DNA of 64,000 nucleotides. It comes from Octopus sinensis (lineage: Eukaryota). The stretch's first letter is position 1. Each line of letters opens with the position of its first letter. A model generated the notes under the pieces. That model was not told the DNA's origin, did no database searches, and worked only from the letters and a program-made list of their open reading frames with translations. Shown here one piece after another: positions 12,610 through 26,511 of this stretch. The position numbers and the translations under genes were made by a program. Where the stretch lies: the NCBI RefSeq assembly GCF_006345805.1, contig NC_042999.1, positions 70,494,001 through 70,558,000 of the forward strand, read 5' to 3'.

Positions 12610-14302
12610 TATATATATATATATATATATATATTTGTAAGAAAACATTTTCAAGATACTATCTTACTGATGTGTAATCTGAATTAGAATAAACAGTAAG
12701 AAATAACAGCAATAAATGAAGACAAATATATGAAGAGCAATGGATCTAAAGAACATTAATGGAATCTAAAAATATAAACAAAAACTTAATTAAACAACTA
12801 GTTTGATATTGTTATATGGGACTAAAAACAAAAAAACATACTCTGTTGTTGGAATCAGCTGCCCAGTTGATATCAATGTGGTAAAACATAAGGAAGGAAG
12901 AAGACAACTGTGGATAGTTAACAAAGAATCTGCAAATTTTGTATCCAATTATTGCAGTTTTATATCCACAATCTCTTTTTTTTTTGGCAGGATATGTGAA
13001 GAGCTATCTGAGCCAAAGTATCATTGAATTTGTATTCTTGGAGAAAGAACATAAACTTTGCAGTTATATATGCTCCGAATGGTCACTGTTTCTCAGGCAA
13101 TAAAAATCTGTAAGACCTTAAAATTGAAAGGGTAAATGGCTGTACAAAGGATATTGAAAACAGGACACTTGTTGTGGTGCACCTGAGCACTGTATACAAT
13201 AATTTCATTATTATTATAACTTTGTTATAACTTTTCTTCACAACCATGTCATTGAGCAAATCACTGGTCAAAATAAGCACAAAAAACTTTATCAAGAATA
13301 GAATAGAAAATTTTATCAAGAATAGAACAAATAGTTGTATTTATATGCATTCAATCATGAGTTTATTTGCTATGTATTGTTAGATAAATTAACTAAGAGA
13401 GATCATTGATATTTTTTTTAAAGATTACAATTATTTAAACAATTCTTCCCATGCAACATTGTGCCAGTATTTTCTAATCCATCATCAGGGCAATCTTTAA
13501 AAGCCCAGCAGACTATGCATCTCATCTTTTAGATCAATATTATTTTATCAGTGAAACATATGCAACTGGCTTGTTTCTCACAGAAATATATCAATTCTTA
13601 AATACAAAGCAAATAATTAAATTTGATAAGATTTATTTCTTTGTATATTTTCTTCATAAGCTTTGTCAAACAAAGACACAAGTGTTTTTATACAGGAGAC
13701 AAAACTAAAGATTTATTTTTTTTCTTCATGCTACTTCCAGTAATTTGAAAATTTACTGAGCCAACTCTGTTATAATTATGAGTTGAGAAGATATTCAAGC
13801 TTCATTTCCAGGCTTCATTTTTCAGTTTAAAATTTCTAATTTATAAAAAATAAACACTTTTCAAAATTGAAATTTATAAACTGAAAGAAAATGTTGTTTT
13901 TTTAAAACTGAAATCTAAATTTGAACAAACTTGAAATAAAGTTTAATAATAATAAAAAAGAAATCTCAGAAATTGGAATTAGAATTTTGAATACTATTAC
14001 ATTTTGTATATGCTTTTGAGGCAGTATTTCTTTAAAACAGCCATCTCTATATCATACTTAAAGTGATACATAGATGATATGTTGATGGTTATTTTAGTTA
14101 AATACTGCCTGAATTGCAGATACAAGATTTTTAATCAGCCAAGCAACTGTTTGCAACATCAGTGAATGGTTTATTAATTTTTTTCTATTTCAGAGATGAT
14201 GAATTCTTATCCAAGCATGTGACTTACTGTGAGCACATGCCACTGAAAAGCTTCAGAAAGGCTGAGATGCATCTGGGTTGAATTTTCTTCTTTTTCTTAT
14301 AG

Positions 14303-14383
14303 TTATTGGCTTTTATAACACAGCAAGGCCATAACAGATGTTATTGCAGAACAAATACTACAACTAGTCTTAATGTATTCACA
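14303..14383 (+). other. Candidate exon (81 nt, phase 0-0), unassigned
   Basis: Acceptor TTTTTCTTATAG, donor ACA/GTGAGT, only one open frame (LLAFITQQGHNRCYCRTNTTTSLNVFT). Confidence 0.25.
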
Positions 14384-16689
14384 GTGAGTATACAAAGATT
14401 ACTATTACATTTTTTAAAAAGATTTGTTTTTGTTTTGTTTTGAAGTACAGAAACAGAAGAGGTAAAAACTGAAAAAAGTAACAGAATTGAAAAAAATGAA
14501 GAAATAAACTATAATTTTTTTTAAATTTCAAAACAGAAAAGAATAAAAGAAAATTTCATCCTGTATATAATGACTGGAACAAGTAAAAAAGTGTACATAC
14601 AAACATACACACTCGAGCATACGTATACCCATTCATTCGTACACACATACAAACACACACACACATGTACACCACATGCACACATCCATGCGTACATACA
14701 CATGTACACGCATGTACACACACAAGCACTCTTATACACACACATGCATGCACTCGCACATGCACACACACCTATATGTTACTCTTTTACTTGTTACAGT
14801 CATTTGACTGCAGCCATGCTGGAGCACCACCTTTAGTCAAGCAAATCGACCCCAGGACTTATTCTTTGTAAGCCTAGTACTTATTCTATCGGTCTCTTTT
14901 GCTGAACTGCTAAGTTACAGGGACGTAAACACAAACACGCAAACATATATACACACATTTACGATTTCCTTGGTGTCTCCTCCTTCCCTTGATGTCCTAA
15001 GCATGTGCTTATTTTGCTTAATGGTTAATCCAGTGCTGGTCTCTTGATATCAAGGAAGGGGTCACAAACACACACATACATACATACATCGTGAATACAT
15101 ACATAAATATGTACATACATACATACACACATGCATGCACACACACACACACACACACACACCACACACACACACACACACACAGATACATACATATATG
15201 GTGTCATGCAACTGGCACCCATACTGGTGGCATGTAAAAGCACCCATTACACACTTGGACTGGTTGGTGTTAGGAAGGCCATTCAGCTTTAGAAACCATG
15301 CCAAATCAGACTGGAATCTGGTGCAGCCCTTACCTTACCAGCCCTGGTCAAAGCGTCCAACCCATGCAGCATTGACGAATGGATGCTAAATGATGATGAT
15401 GATGATACACATACACATATATATAAATTTATGTATAAGCATGTGTGTGTGTGTGTATGATGTGCTCCTTTCAGTTTGCATCTACAAAATCCATTTTTAA
15501 AGCTTTGGTCAGCCTAGGGTTATAGTGAAAGACAGTTGCCCAAGGAGCCACACAATGGGTCCAAACCAGAAAACTCATGGCTGGGAAGCAAATTCCTCAG
15601 CTGCACAGAAATGCCTGCTCCTAATAAAAATGAGATGTAATAAAAATAGAATCTCTACCTTAATTTAAAATTTGAAATTTCCAAAAGATATGATGATTGA
15701 TAAATAAATAAACAAAGTAAAATATCCAACTACACCTGTTTATAGAGATAACATTTGAGTAATACTTTAGTAAGTAAATGTTAGGAGTAAAGGAGGGGAT
15801 AACTATATTAGAAAGCAAGTGCGAGAGAACAAATAGAGAATGACTGAGTGAGAGAAAGAATATGAAGTAGTGGGAGAATAGAAATACAGAAAGTGAGATA
15901 GAAGGCAAGTAGAAGAGAAGAGGAGGAGAAGGAGAAATAATGAAAGTGAAAAGGGGAAATATTTGGTGTGAAAGAGAGGATGAGAGAGGGCAACTGAGAA
16001 ATTATGAGTAATAGTGAGATATAGAATAAAAGAGAAAAAGAAATGAAAGAGAACAGAGTGAAGGTGGTAGTAATGTCAGAAAGAGTACAAAACTAAGCTA
16101 AAGCTGTGAGTCCAAATGAGAATATATGTTTTATTTAATCACTCAGCAATTCTATTTTCCAATGTACAATCCTGCACATTTTTTACTGTTTTGTTCTTTA
16201 TTATTTTTGAAAACATGATGAAATTTATGCTTTGCTGAGGAGGTCAGAATAAGATAAAAACATATCTTGTGTTAACTTTCATACCTGCCGAGAGAAAAAA
16301 GAGAAAAGTATTAAACATTGATTAAAAGTGTATGTTTTTCTTCAAGCATATTAATTTGTAGTCATCCTTTTAATGTCAGGGACAGAGCGAAGGAAGTGGG
16401 GATGGCTTGAGAGGCACATGCTCCCCTCAAGAAAAGAAGTGTGCCCTTCTAAATAATTTTATTATGCCCTTTTCTCCTGGAATTGTATTCCCCTCTGACC
16501 TTGTACCCTCCCTATAAAAAATTCCTGAACGTCTTATGTATAAAATATGATGACACTGAGTTAAATCTATTTTTTATGTGTCTAGTAATCACTAAAAAAA
16601 TACAAGTTTTCTTATTGAGTGAACCAAATAACCTGGTTGTTTTCCTTACTGCTAACAAAATTTGTCATTATTTGTTAAAAAAAAGGTCA

Positions 16690-16980
16690 AGACCCTCTTT
16701 GATCATGAATAACCATGGGATTGCACCTAAAAAGTTACTAGGGAAGACCAGCAGTCGCCCATGCATACCAGCCTCCCCTCACTACACCACTGATGTTATC
16801 CAAGGGAAAAGCATAGGCCGATGTAGCTTCGCATCAGTAATGTCACAACTCATTTCTACAGCTGAGTGAACTGGAGCAATGTGAAATGAAGTGTCTTGCT
16901 CAAGAACACAGCATTCAGCCTGATTCAGGGATCGAATTCACTACCTCATGATTGAGCCCTATGCTCTAATCACTGAGCCA
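16690..16980 (-). mobile_element. tRNA-derived CORE-like SINE
   Basis: Minus strand begins TGGCTCAGTGATTAGAGC (A box)...GAATTCGATCCC (B box), followed by GTGTTCTTGAGCAAGACACTT (CORE-like box). Confidence 0.8.
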
Positions 16981-18085
16981 AAGAAACATCAACTAACAAG
17001 GGATATTAAGGAAAAAATGGAGAGAAGGATAAAGGAAAAAGGTGCAAAACCAGGAGATAGGGAGAGAAAGTAGAGAAATGGAAACTGAACGACTAAAGGA
17101 AGAATGGATAGAAAGTAAGATAAGAATGGTGAGAGAGTAAAGAGAGGAATGTTGAGAAAGAATGAGACAGACAGAAAGTGAGAGATGCATGGTAAAAAGC
17201 AATTAGGGGCAGTGAGGTGTGGTGAATACTCAAGCAAGGAAGAGAGAGATTTATGTAATCTGTGGAGATTTAGATAATCGGTAAATGAGAAAATATATTC
17301 TGTAAAATTTTCTTATGGAAATTCTTATAGTAATACTTGCAAAATAAATACTACGAATATAGTATAATTATTGAATATAATTAATGGTTGTTTTGTGTGT
17401 GTGTGAATGTTGTTTAGACTTCTTAATCCACATGAAAAATGTTGAACCAAAAATGGTAATGTTTGTTGACATTCTCTTGTTTGACAAATCTTAAAATGTC
17501 TTTTTTTTAAATTTATATATTTTAATTACTTTTTATGTACATACATACATATATATATTATTTACATTTAAATCTTAATTATATTTTAAAATCATGTCTT
17601 ACTTTTTTTTTGTATGCATGAATAAGCTACTCCACATTGAACCCTGGAGTGATATTTGATCACTTTTTTGAGTGTTTGGGTGTTGGTTTGGTGTCTGGAG
17701 TGGGATAGCTTACCTCATGGGCAGGTAGAAGTTCTTTAACCTTGGTTGGTAATCTATCTAGGAGAAGGAAATCTCCAAAATAAAACCTGAGGCCTTGGAA
17801 GTTTCTGGTTTTATCAATATATCCCTTGTTAGTTGATGTTTCTTTGGCTCAGTGGTTAGAGCATAGGGCTCAATCATGAGGTAGTGAAATCGATCCACAT
17901 CAATGGAATTTGTAGTTTGTGGTACCAGTGCCGGTGGCACATAAGAGAACCATCCGAACGTGGCCGTAGCCAGATCTGACTGGCCTGGTGCAGCCTTTGG
18001 GCTTCCCAGACCCCAGTTGAACCGTCCAACCCATGCTAGCATGGAAAGCAGACGTTAAACGATGATGATAATGATGATGATGATG

Positions 18086-18110
<25 letters not shown>

Positions 18111-18117
<7 letters not shown>

Positions 18118-18329
18118 ATCACGTGACCGACCAGACCATCAGATGTTGTTACACATTGCTGGTCACAATGCGTTCGCATTGTTTTAGCCTTCGAATGACG
18201 CCACCCTGCTGGCTATGCGAGCAGGCCAACAGAAGAAAGAGTAGGAGAAAGTGTGGTGAAAGAGTACACCAGGGATCACCACCCCCTGCCGGAGCCTTGT
18301 GGAGCCCTAACCACTGGGCCATTGTGCCT

Positions 18330-18331
<2 letters not shown>
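18111..18331 (-). mobile_element. tRNA-derived SINE, internally deleted
   Basis: Minus strand starts GGAGGCACAATGGCCCAGTGGTTAGGGC (A-box head) and ends GGTCACGTGATCACGTGA in a TA tract; CpG-rich, so relatively young. Confidence 0.7.
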
Positions 18332-18364
<33 letters not shown>

Positions 18365-18609
18365 TAGATAGATAGATATAGATATAGATATATAGATATA
18401 TACTCAACATGCAGGAATTGTATATATATATGTATACTCAACATGCAGGAATTGAACACATTATCTGTATATCTATAGCTACCTCTGACGAGATTCAACT
18501 TTAAAATGATTTTTAATTTCATCAATTAATTTTCTGAAGGTCTAGAATTGAAACAGCTGTCAGAGATGTTGTCATTTTTTAATTAACAAATAATTTGTTA
18601 ATTATCTAT

Positions 18610-18689
<80 letters not shown>

Positions 18690-18692
<3 letters not shown>

Positions 18693-19260
18693 ACTACATA
18701 TGTGGAAAATCAGTGTGTGTTTGTTTGTGGCATTGTTAGCTAACTCCTACTCGTTTTATTGATTTTGATGAAACTTGACATGTGAGTAGACCTCCTCTCT
18801 GGAAACCTTGTGACATACTTAGAGTGTTGAAAAATCGATAGTACGGCCTCTGAAAGGGACCTATATAACTACCTCATATAACTTTATTTTTTGCACCTGT
18901 ACAATATTTTTTTTAAACATTCAAAGGAAATAACCCATGTCATTGTTTATGTTCAATTACTTTGAATATTGATTTTTTTGCATGTCCTATTTCTAATTTT
19001 TACAGACAATATTACTTTTATATTTTATTTGACACATAAGTAGAACTCGTGTTAGGAAACATTGTGACATACTGTTGAAAAAAATCATGACATATTGTTG
19101 AAAAAAATCGATAATAGGGCCCTTCCAATGGATCCTTCTATCTACTACATATTTCTAATATTTCATCTAAACAACCCAAGGGAAATAACCTATACCACCA
19201 GCAGATTTTAGCAAAGCAATCAATATTTGAGTCCAACAATCAGCCAACCTAATTCTGCAT
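18690..19260 (+). mobile_element. Probable non-autonomous Helitron-like element (Lep1/DINE-1-like start)
   Basis: Starts A|TCTACTACATAT, then GTGTGTGTTTGTTTGT microsatellite and TTGATTTTGATGAAACTTGACATG, the arrangement typical of such elements; 3' end not resolved. Confidence 0.45.
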
Positions 19261-19751
19261 TTCACCACTCACAGTTTTGAAGTGCTAAACATTATTATTT
19301 CACTTCCTTAATTTGAAACTTAAACATTAAAGACTTCATTCATACATTTCTATACATACATACTTTTTTGAATGCCCATTACTCCGATAATTCTGCATTT
19401 TTACAGTTACACTTTTTCCATGACAGTAGATAAATTTTAAATTCCACAACGTATTTGTTGTGCCTTCATGCAGGCATAGCATGGATTCAATGATCGATTG
19501 CCAAATTTCACTTAACACTTCAACAGCACTTAAACGGTAAAACAATAGTTTTTCTCTGAATGACAGCAGTTATACATTTCCCAGATGCCTTCACTAAGCA
19601 GAATGATGTCTTTGCCTCTCGCCAACCTCCAACAATCTCTCCCTCCTCCAGCTGACAGTTTTTTGTACATTTTCATGACCTTTTGTGGTAGTTATAACGA
19701 AATTGCTTTCTTATGTCAGAGTAATAAGGCATTTTAATAGTACACCAGCTA

Positions 19752-19820
<69 letters not shown>

Positions 19821-19949
19821 CAGGCAAACAGACAGGCAGAGACAGACAAACAAAGACAGATAGATACATACATCCTACATGCATACATAGATATGTGTGT
19901 AAGCATATGTTGAAGGAAATTCATAATGCAACAAGAATACAAAATAGTG

Positions 19950-20770
19950 AATAGGACAGATCTAAAGCTTAGATTTGTCATATCTGGTCCAGCATATTCA
20001 ACTCATTGAGTAAGCAACTTTATTGAAATTATTTTGAAACCACAGTGCACTTTCATACCAAGTTTCATTCAGGATGGTATTGATTTCTTGCCCTATCTAC
20101 CCAAAACAACAGAATCAAAATTGCTATTGATTAGCTTTGATATAGCAAACTTCTACACAAATATTCCACACAATTTAGGAATAACACCAATCAGATATTG
20201 CATTGAAAAACACAGGTTATTCCCAGTAGATTTTCTCTGGACTTCATATCAGACATATATCTTAGTCTAGAGAATAATACATTCTTTGTCAATGGGAAAA
20301 ATTATCTGCAGATAAGAGGTACTTCCATGGGAATCAAATTTGCTCAAGTTATATGAACTCAGTAATAGCTATTTGGAACTAAAACTGTACAAAAAAGCAG
20401 AGAACAACTATGTTAATGATTCTAGAAGATATACAGAGAGCATGTGGAAAACATTTCTTTTGACAATTGTTTGAGATTTGGAGAACTTATACCAAGCTCT
20501 GATACTTACAAAGGAAATGAGTGCCACAAAATTACCATTTCTCAACATAATAATAATTTAAAATGACACCAATGTCCAAACAGTTATATATTATAATAAC
20601 ACAGACATGTATCAATACCTGAGCTTCAAAATATTCCACCCAACATATATAAAACATAACATTCCATACTGTCTTGCCAGGAAAATTTTTACTTTTGTTG
20701 ATGATGTAAATATCAGAGAAGAACAACTCCAGGGTATTTTTTTTACCCAGATAGTAAATGGTAAACAAGA
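19950..20770 (+). mobile_element. Decayed Penelope-like element RT (Penelope/Poseidon-like)
   Basis: ILKPQCTFIPSFIQDGIDFL...LISFDIANFYTNIPHNLG (ORF 20034-20270), then YLQIRGTSMGIKFA, LPFLNI, TDMYQYL and NIPYCLARKIFT motifs across frameshifts. Confidence 0.8.
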
Positions 20771-20918
20771 GTGAAGGGTGGTCAATGAGGGATGGTAAGG
20801 AAGAATAGGTGTCGACTGGTAGTGCAGAGAGTGAAGAGCAGCAGAAAAGTAATAATGCAGTGGACAGAAGAAAGACCAGAAAAATGGAGATGATGAGAGA
20901 ATATGTAAATCACAGGAA

Positions 20919-20967
<49 letters not shown>

Positions 20968-21639
20968 TGTGTGTGTGTGTGTCTTCCTATTGTCTTAACA
21001 GAGATTACACATGGTAATATAGGCAAGATGTTGGCTTCAGTTGTTCAATCAGTTGTCATTGTGTGAAGTTTGAATGCATTAGCAACAGCAGGAATTACAT
21101 AGGAACAACCATTTTTGGTGATGGTGACATGATGAACATGAATAGACTGTAATCTAAAAGAATAGCAGAAGTTATACCACTTTGCCCTTGTGTGTGGATC
21201 TGCTAGGCTTAGCATTGTATATACATGTTATCAGTAACCAGAAGCTTGAAGTTCATTAACAGGGCATACCTCTGGTGGCAAGAATAAGATAAAAATAGAT
21301 CATTCTTCCTATTGATGGATACTACAGGATGGTGGCATATGTGTTGTTTTTCACGGAAGGAGAGCTGGAAATTATGAACACCAGGTGAATAAGAAGGGTC
21401 TCTGTCAAGGAATGTTGGTGAAGTCATTTTGATGATTCCAATGTCTCCAGATAAAGCAGTAGAAGGGAGCCTGAGTTTTCTTTATCCCTACCTGAAGGAG
21501 TGCATGTGTTATGAGTTATTGACTTTTATGTACATGTAATATCGTATAATAAAAATTGTGATTTGCCAGTGGCTCAGTGGACAATACACTTTGAGCAGCA
21601 GTATCCTTCCAATAAGCAGTTAATAGATTTTGGAAGTTA

Positions 21640-21790
21640 CAAGTTAGAGTGTGAGTGGGAGCTGTATAGGTGTGTGCTTGCATCTATTGTAACATGCAAC
21701 ATTTGAAGTGACATCTAAATATGAGTAGCTAATTTTGATATTATGATGATTAAAGAGCTTACAATATATCTGGGTTTTAAGGTGGAGAGC
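21640..21790 (-). mobile_element. Short PLE relic (Naiad-type linker)
   Basis: ORF 21644-21832 contains YCKLFNHHNIKISYSY...VACYN, like the KIFN..T.K.SYSC...II..HN linker preceding GIY-YIG domains (compare 33950-34050). Confidence 0.5.
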
Positions 21791-21990
21791 TGGCAGAATT
21801 GTTAGCTTGTTGGGCATAGTGCTTAGTGTCATTTCATCCAGCTTTATGTTCTGAGTTCAAATTCTGCCAAGGTCGACTTTACCTTTCATTCTCTCAGGGT
21901 CAATAAAATAAGTACCAGTTGATCACTGGGCTTGATGTAATTGACTTACCCACTCCTCTGAAATTGCTGGGCTTGTGCCAAAGTGTGAAA
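21785..21990 (+). mobile_element. SINE with Meta-domain-like core
   Basis: GAGCTGGCAGAATTGTTAGC...TTCTGAGTTCAAATTCTGCCAAGGTCGACTTTACCTTTCATTCTCTCAGGGTCAATAAAATAAGTACCAG; family also at ~7820-7950(-), 26126-26277, 28120-28330(-), 39906-40105, 57915-58097, 59020-59225. Confidence 0.8.
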
Positions 21991-24090
21991 CCAATATTTC
22001 TGGGTTCTTGGGAAATGCATTTTAGTTAGCATCAAGAAGCTCCTAGCCATATTAGAGTTCTAAAAACTTCTAGAGAATTAAACCTGATTATTCTTCTTTT
22101 TCTCTCTCTCTCTCTTCAGCTTCAGAATAGGCTTCTCAAAACGTACAAGAAAAACTTGATTATGTATTTTTAATTCTCATAAAAGTTTGCTGAACATAAA
22201 AGCTTAAGATGACAATGTAACAACCATGAGAGAAAGAATGAAATTTAACCAGTGATATGTCTAGAGTGCTTAATACCAAAATGCTAGCTATACAGGCAAT
22301 ATATTATGAAAAGTAAATGAAATACAATGTTTAATACTAATAACTGTACTGTATGTCTTTATTCATTTTTCATTCACACACACATGCATGTACACATACA
22401 CATGCATGTGTGCACACACACATGTACACACACACACATACACACACACACACAGAGGCATGGTAATGTATATACCATCAGCATCATCATTTTACATCTG
22501 CACCAGTATCATCATCTTACATACTGATATGAGTTGCACATTGCATATTCAGTGTTGTTATTCTTTAAGATGGGTTAAAGGACCATGTCTCACTCATACA
22601 TTCCATTTGTTTGGTAAGTATTGGACACCCTTTCTAACACCAGCCACTTTACAGAGTGTAGTGGGTGTGTTTTATCATTGCACCAACACTAGAGAGGTTT
22701 GCTTGTACCTTGTACTCTGCACGACAGAAAGAGTTATCATTGTCTTATGTTGTTTCTGTTCATTTAAAGCAATTTGACCAAGTGGGTGAATAAAAGAGAG
22801 AATGATGACAAACATTGAACTAGAGTGAGAGGGTGAGAGAGGCAAAAATATGGCGGAAGAAATATGAATTAGGTTAAAAGGTAGTAGAAGAGAGAGTAAT
22901 GGAGAAGACTGTACCAGAGAGAATATGGAAGCGGTGAGTGACTACAGTTATAGCAGGGTGTAATGGGAGAGACACAATGATGGCAACTGTATAATTGCTG
23001 ATAAAAGAGAGAACGAGTGAGGAATAGTCATAGAGATAAATGATGGTATAAGTAGAATAATGGATATCAGTAAAGAGTGTCCTGGAAGAAAAAGAGTCAT
23101 GGCTAACATGAAGATGGAGTGTATGGAAATGAACAGATCCAATGCAGTCTTTCCCTCTTATAGATTGTGTTGGCAGATATGATTATTTGTTCAAGCCCCA
23201 CTACTGCCATTCCTATCTCTCCACTCCCACTCTCTCTCTCCTTTTTCCCTCCCTCCATCATGCTACGTGGAGCAAGAGTGATAGGCATGGTGAGGGGAGA
23301 TAAATTACTGGTAGATATATTGGTGTCCTGCATTTTATAAGCTGTATGGTTCAGTGAATAGGAAAAAAGGTGAACTGAGAGAGGGTGAGTGACAGAGGGG
23401 TGAAAAGATATCAAAAAAGATTGGAGAGGTAGCAGATGGGGGCTTAGCATGTACATAATGGCTGAAAGAATCAAATCTAGATATATACATTACAATGTCT
23501 GTGTGTGCATATAAGTGTATGTACAATGTATAAAAGTGCATGTGCTCCTATATATATGCTGTGCCTCAAGAAGGAGCTAACAATGGACTGTGATGGCTGA
23601 TGTTAAGCAATGCTGGATAAGACTTAGTCAGTCAAGCAAGTATGGCAAAGCAAACATTAAAATTGTGGTGTTTTATTTTGCCAGGCTTTCATGGGTTGCT
23701 GAATTTTATCAAGCATTGCGTATTGATAATTGTCACTGCATTTATCAACACACACACACACACACACACGCACACACACACACACACTCAAACACACACA
23801 CATCTATCAACACATATATGCATGCACCTATGTACCATACATGCATCAATATATACCATCATCATCATCATCATCATCGTCATTACCATTGTCATCATCA
23901 TCACCATCATCACCATCATCAATTACTGTTCACTTTTCAATGCTTGCATGGGTCATAAATAGTATACATATATATATATATATATATGTGGATGTACTAT
24001 TAAATTATTATCTAGTATATTCCTGGTTATGGCATATATATATGTGTGTGTAAATAGATATAGAGATATATATACATACATACTTACAAG

Positions 24091-24134
<44 letters not shown>

Positions 24135-24215
24135 CACACACACATACATGCATGAATATATATATGTATGTATTATATTGTCGACTAATGTATTCCAGGT
24201 ATGGTGAATATACAT

Positions 24216-24316
<101 letters not shown>

Positions 24317-24740
24317 TGCACACATGCATATCTGTGTTTGTGTTATGTTGTGTGGTGTGGTATGGTGGTGATGGTGTGTGTGTATGAGTGTGTGTGTGTG
24401 TGTGTGTGTATGTGTGTGTGTGTGTGCGTGTGTGTGTGTTTGTTTGTTTCTTTGCAATTTTAGGCATAACTTAATTTCGAATTTAAGAAACAAAAGGGCA
24501 TAAAAGGAAACAAGCAGATTACATCTTCATATGGATCTATAAGAAATGACCAACGACTGACTCCCAGTCATCAGGTTTATAGACATACAACAAAAAAGTA
24601 CCTTTCATACTCAAGAGAAATAATACTTCTAGAAACTATAACTGAATACAACAGTATGTGGAGTGTTTTAAATAGCTAACATGATTCTCCCTCCCTCTGT
24701 AATTGTATATGTGTTTTTTGTGTGGTTGTGTATGTGTAAG

Positions 24741-24777
<37 letters not shown>

Positions 24778-25389
24778 ATGCTTGTGTATGCATGTAATTG
24801 TGTGTGTATTAAACAAGATTCCAGATCAATTTTATGCTGACTGTTGGTTTTCATTTATTCTCTCCTCTACCCTGCCTTACCACACTCTTTCTCCCTGTTT
24901 CTCCATCTCTCTTTCTTTCTCTCTCTCCCATCCCCTCCTTTCCCCTCCTCTCTCTTTCTCTCTCTCTCCCTCATCCTTGTCTTTATTCCCTTCCTCTTCC
25001 ACCTCCCTCTCTTTGTGCATACAGACACACACACACACACACACACACATGTATCCCTTCCTCCTGTCCTCCCTCTCATTCTATTTCTATATTCTTTCCC
25101 TTTTTCCCTCATTTCATCTAGCTACCACTACCAAGACCAGGCTGGAGCCCGCCTTCACAGCTGACTTCAGTGTTATCATTGTGTGTGTCAAGAAATGCGG
25201 CTTTTGTTGTATTTTTGGTATACGTGGCATCTCCCCTTGGTGATTTAACAAACTGGTACAGGCTGCACTCCCTTGGTTAAGTCCTTGATACATTTCAGAT
25301 AAGTTATGTATCTAGGTAATATACTTTGAAAGTACCATGGTAAAGTGTCGTTGAATATAATGCACACACATGCACACACACCACACACA

Positions 25390-25427
<38 letters not shown>

Positions 25428-26406
25428 GCACACACACACACACACACTGTGGCACAGGTTTTTCAGTCCCATTTGCTGGCTCTTTGGACAAGTGTCTTCA
25501 ACTATTGTCTCAGCCTGACCAAACTCTGGTAGATGGAAACTGAAAGGAATCCATCATATGTGTGTGTGTGTGTGCATGCGTGTGCGTGTGTGTGTGTTTC
25601 CGTGTGTGTGTGTGTCTGTGTCTGTGTGTGTTAGTCCCACACCACCGTTTCAAAACCTGGGCTGGTGTGTATGTGTACTCAGACCAAAAGAAAAAGTATC
25701 AGGCTTAGGAAAATAAGGTTGATGTGTTCAGTTAAAATTCTTCAAGGTGGTGCCCCAGCATGGCCACAGTCTAAATGACTGAGACACATAAAAGATAACA
25801 GATAAAAGTTATATATATAATTTATATTTTCAATTTATTAGACCATGGGAATGTAATCAACCCCAGCACTTATTTTTAAACCTGATACATATTTTGTTGA
25901 GCCCTTTTTGCCAAACTGCAAAAGGAGATTGATTGTTTATATTCATTTGACATAAACAAAACAACACCAATTACCCAGTGGTGGAAGGTATGGCTGTGTG
26001 GTAAAAAGCTTGCTGCCCTACCACATGGTTCTGGGTACAGTCCCGCTGTGTTGTGCCTTTGACACGTGTGTTCTACTATAGCCCTTGGGCAAACGAAAGC
26101 CTTGTGAGTGGACTTGATAGATGGAAACTGAGTTCAAATTCCACCAAGGTCGACTTTGCTTTTATCCTTTAGGGGTTGATAAATTAAGTACCAGCCAAGT
26201 ACTGGGGTCGATGTGATCGATTGTCCCACTCCTTACAAAAATCCAGGCCTTGTGCCTATAGTAGAAAGGATTAGACTGTGACAATGCTAGGGCATGGCCT
26301 TGGAAGATTTTAGCCAAACAAATCAAACCCAGCCTGTTGTATACATACATACATACATACATACATACATACATACATACATACATACATACATACATAC
26401 ATACAA

Positions 26407-26483
<77 letters not shown>

Positions 26484-26511
26484 TTTATACATACATATAT
26501 ATATATATATA

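Noticed and set aside
15700-16130. Purine-rich stretches (also 17010-17250, 22780-23160) as coding or endonuclease remnants
   Set aside because: GA-rich low complexity with only vague RTE-like words; cannot be assigned.
16929-16980. tRNA gene candidates (also 17845-17896, 18310-18331, 31803-31860)
   Set aside because: A/B-box heads continue into SINE bodies and do not complete a cloverleaf.
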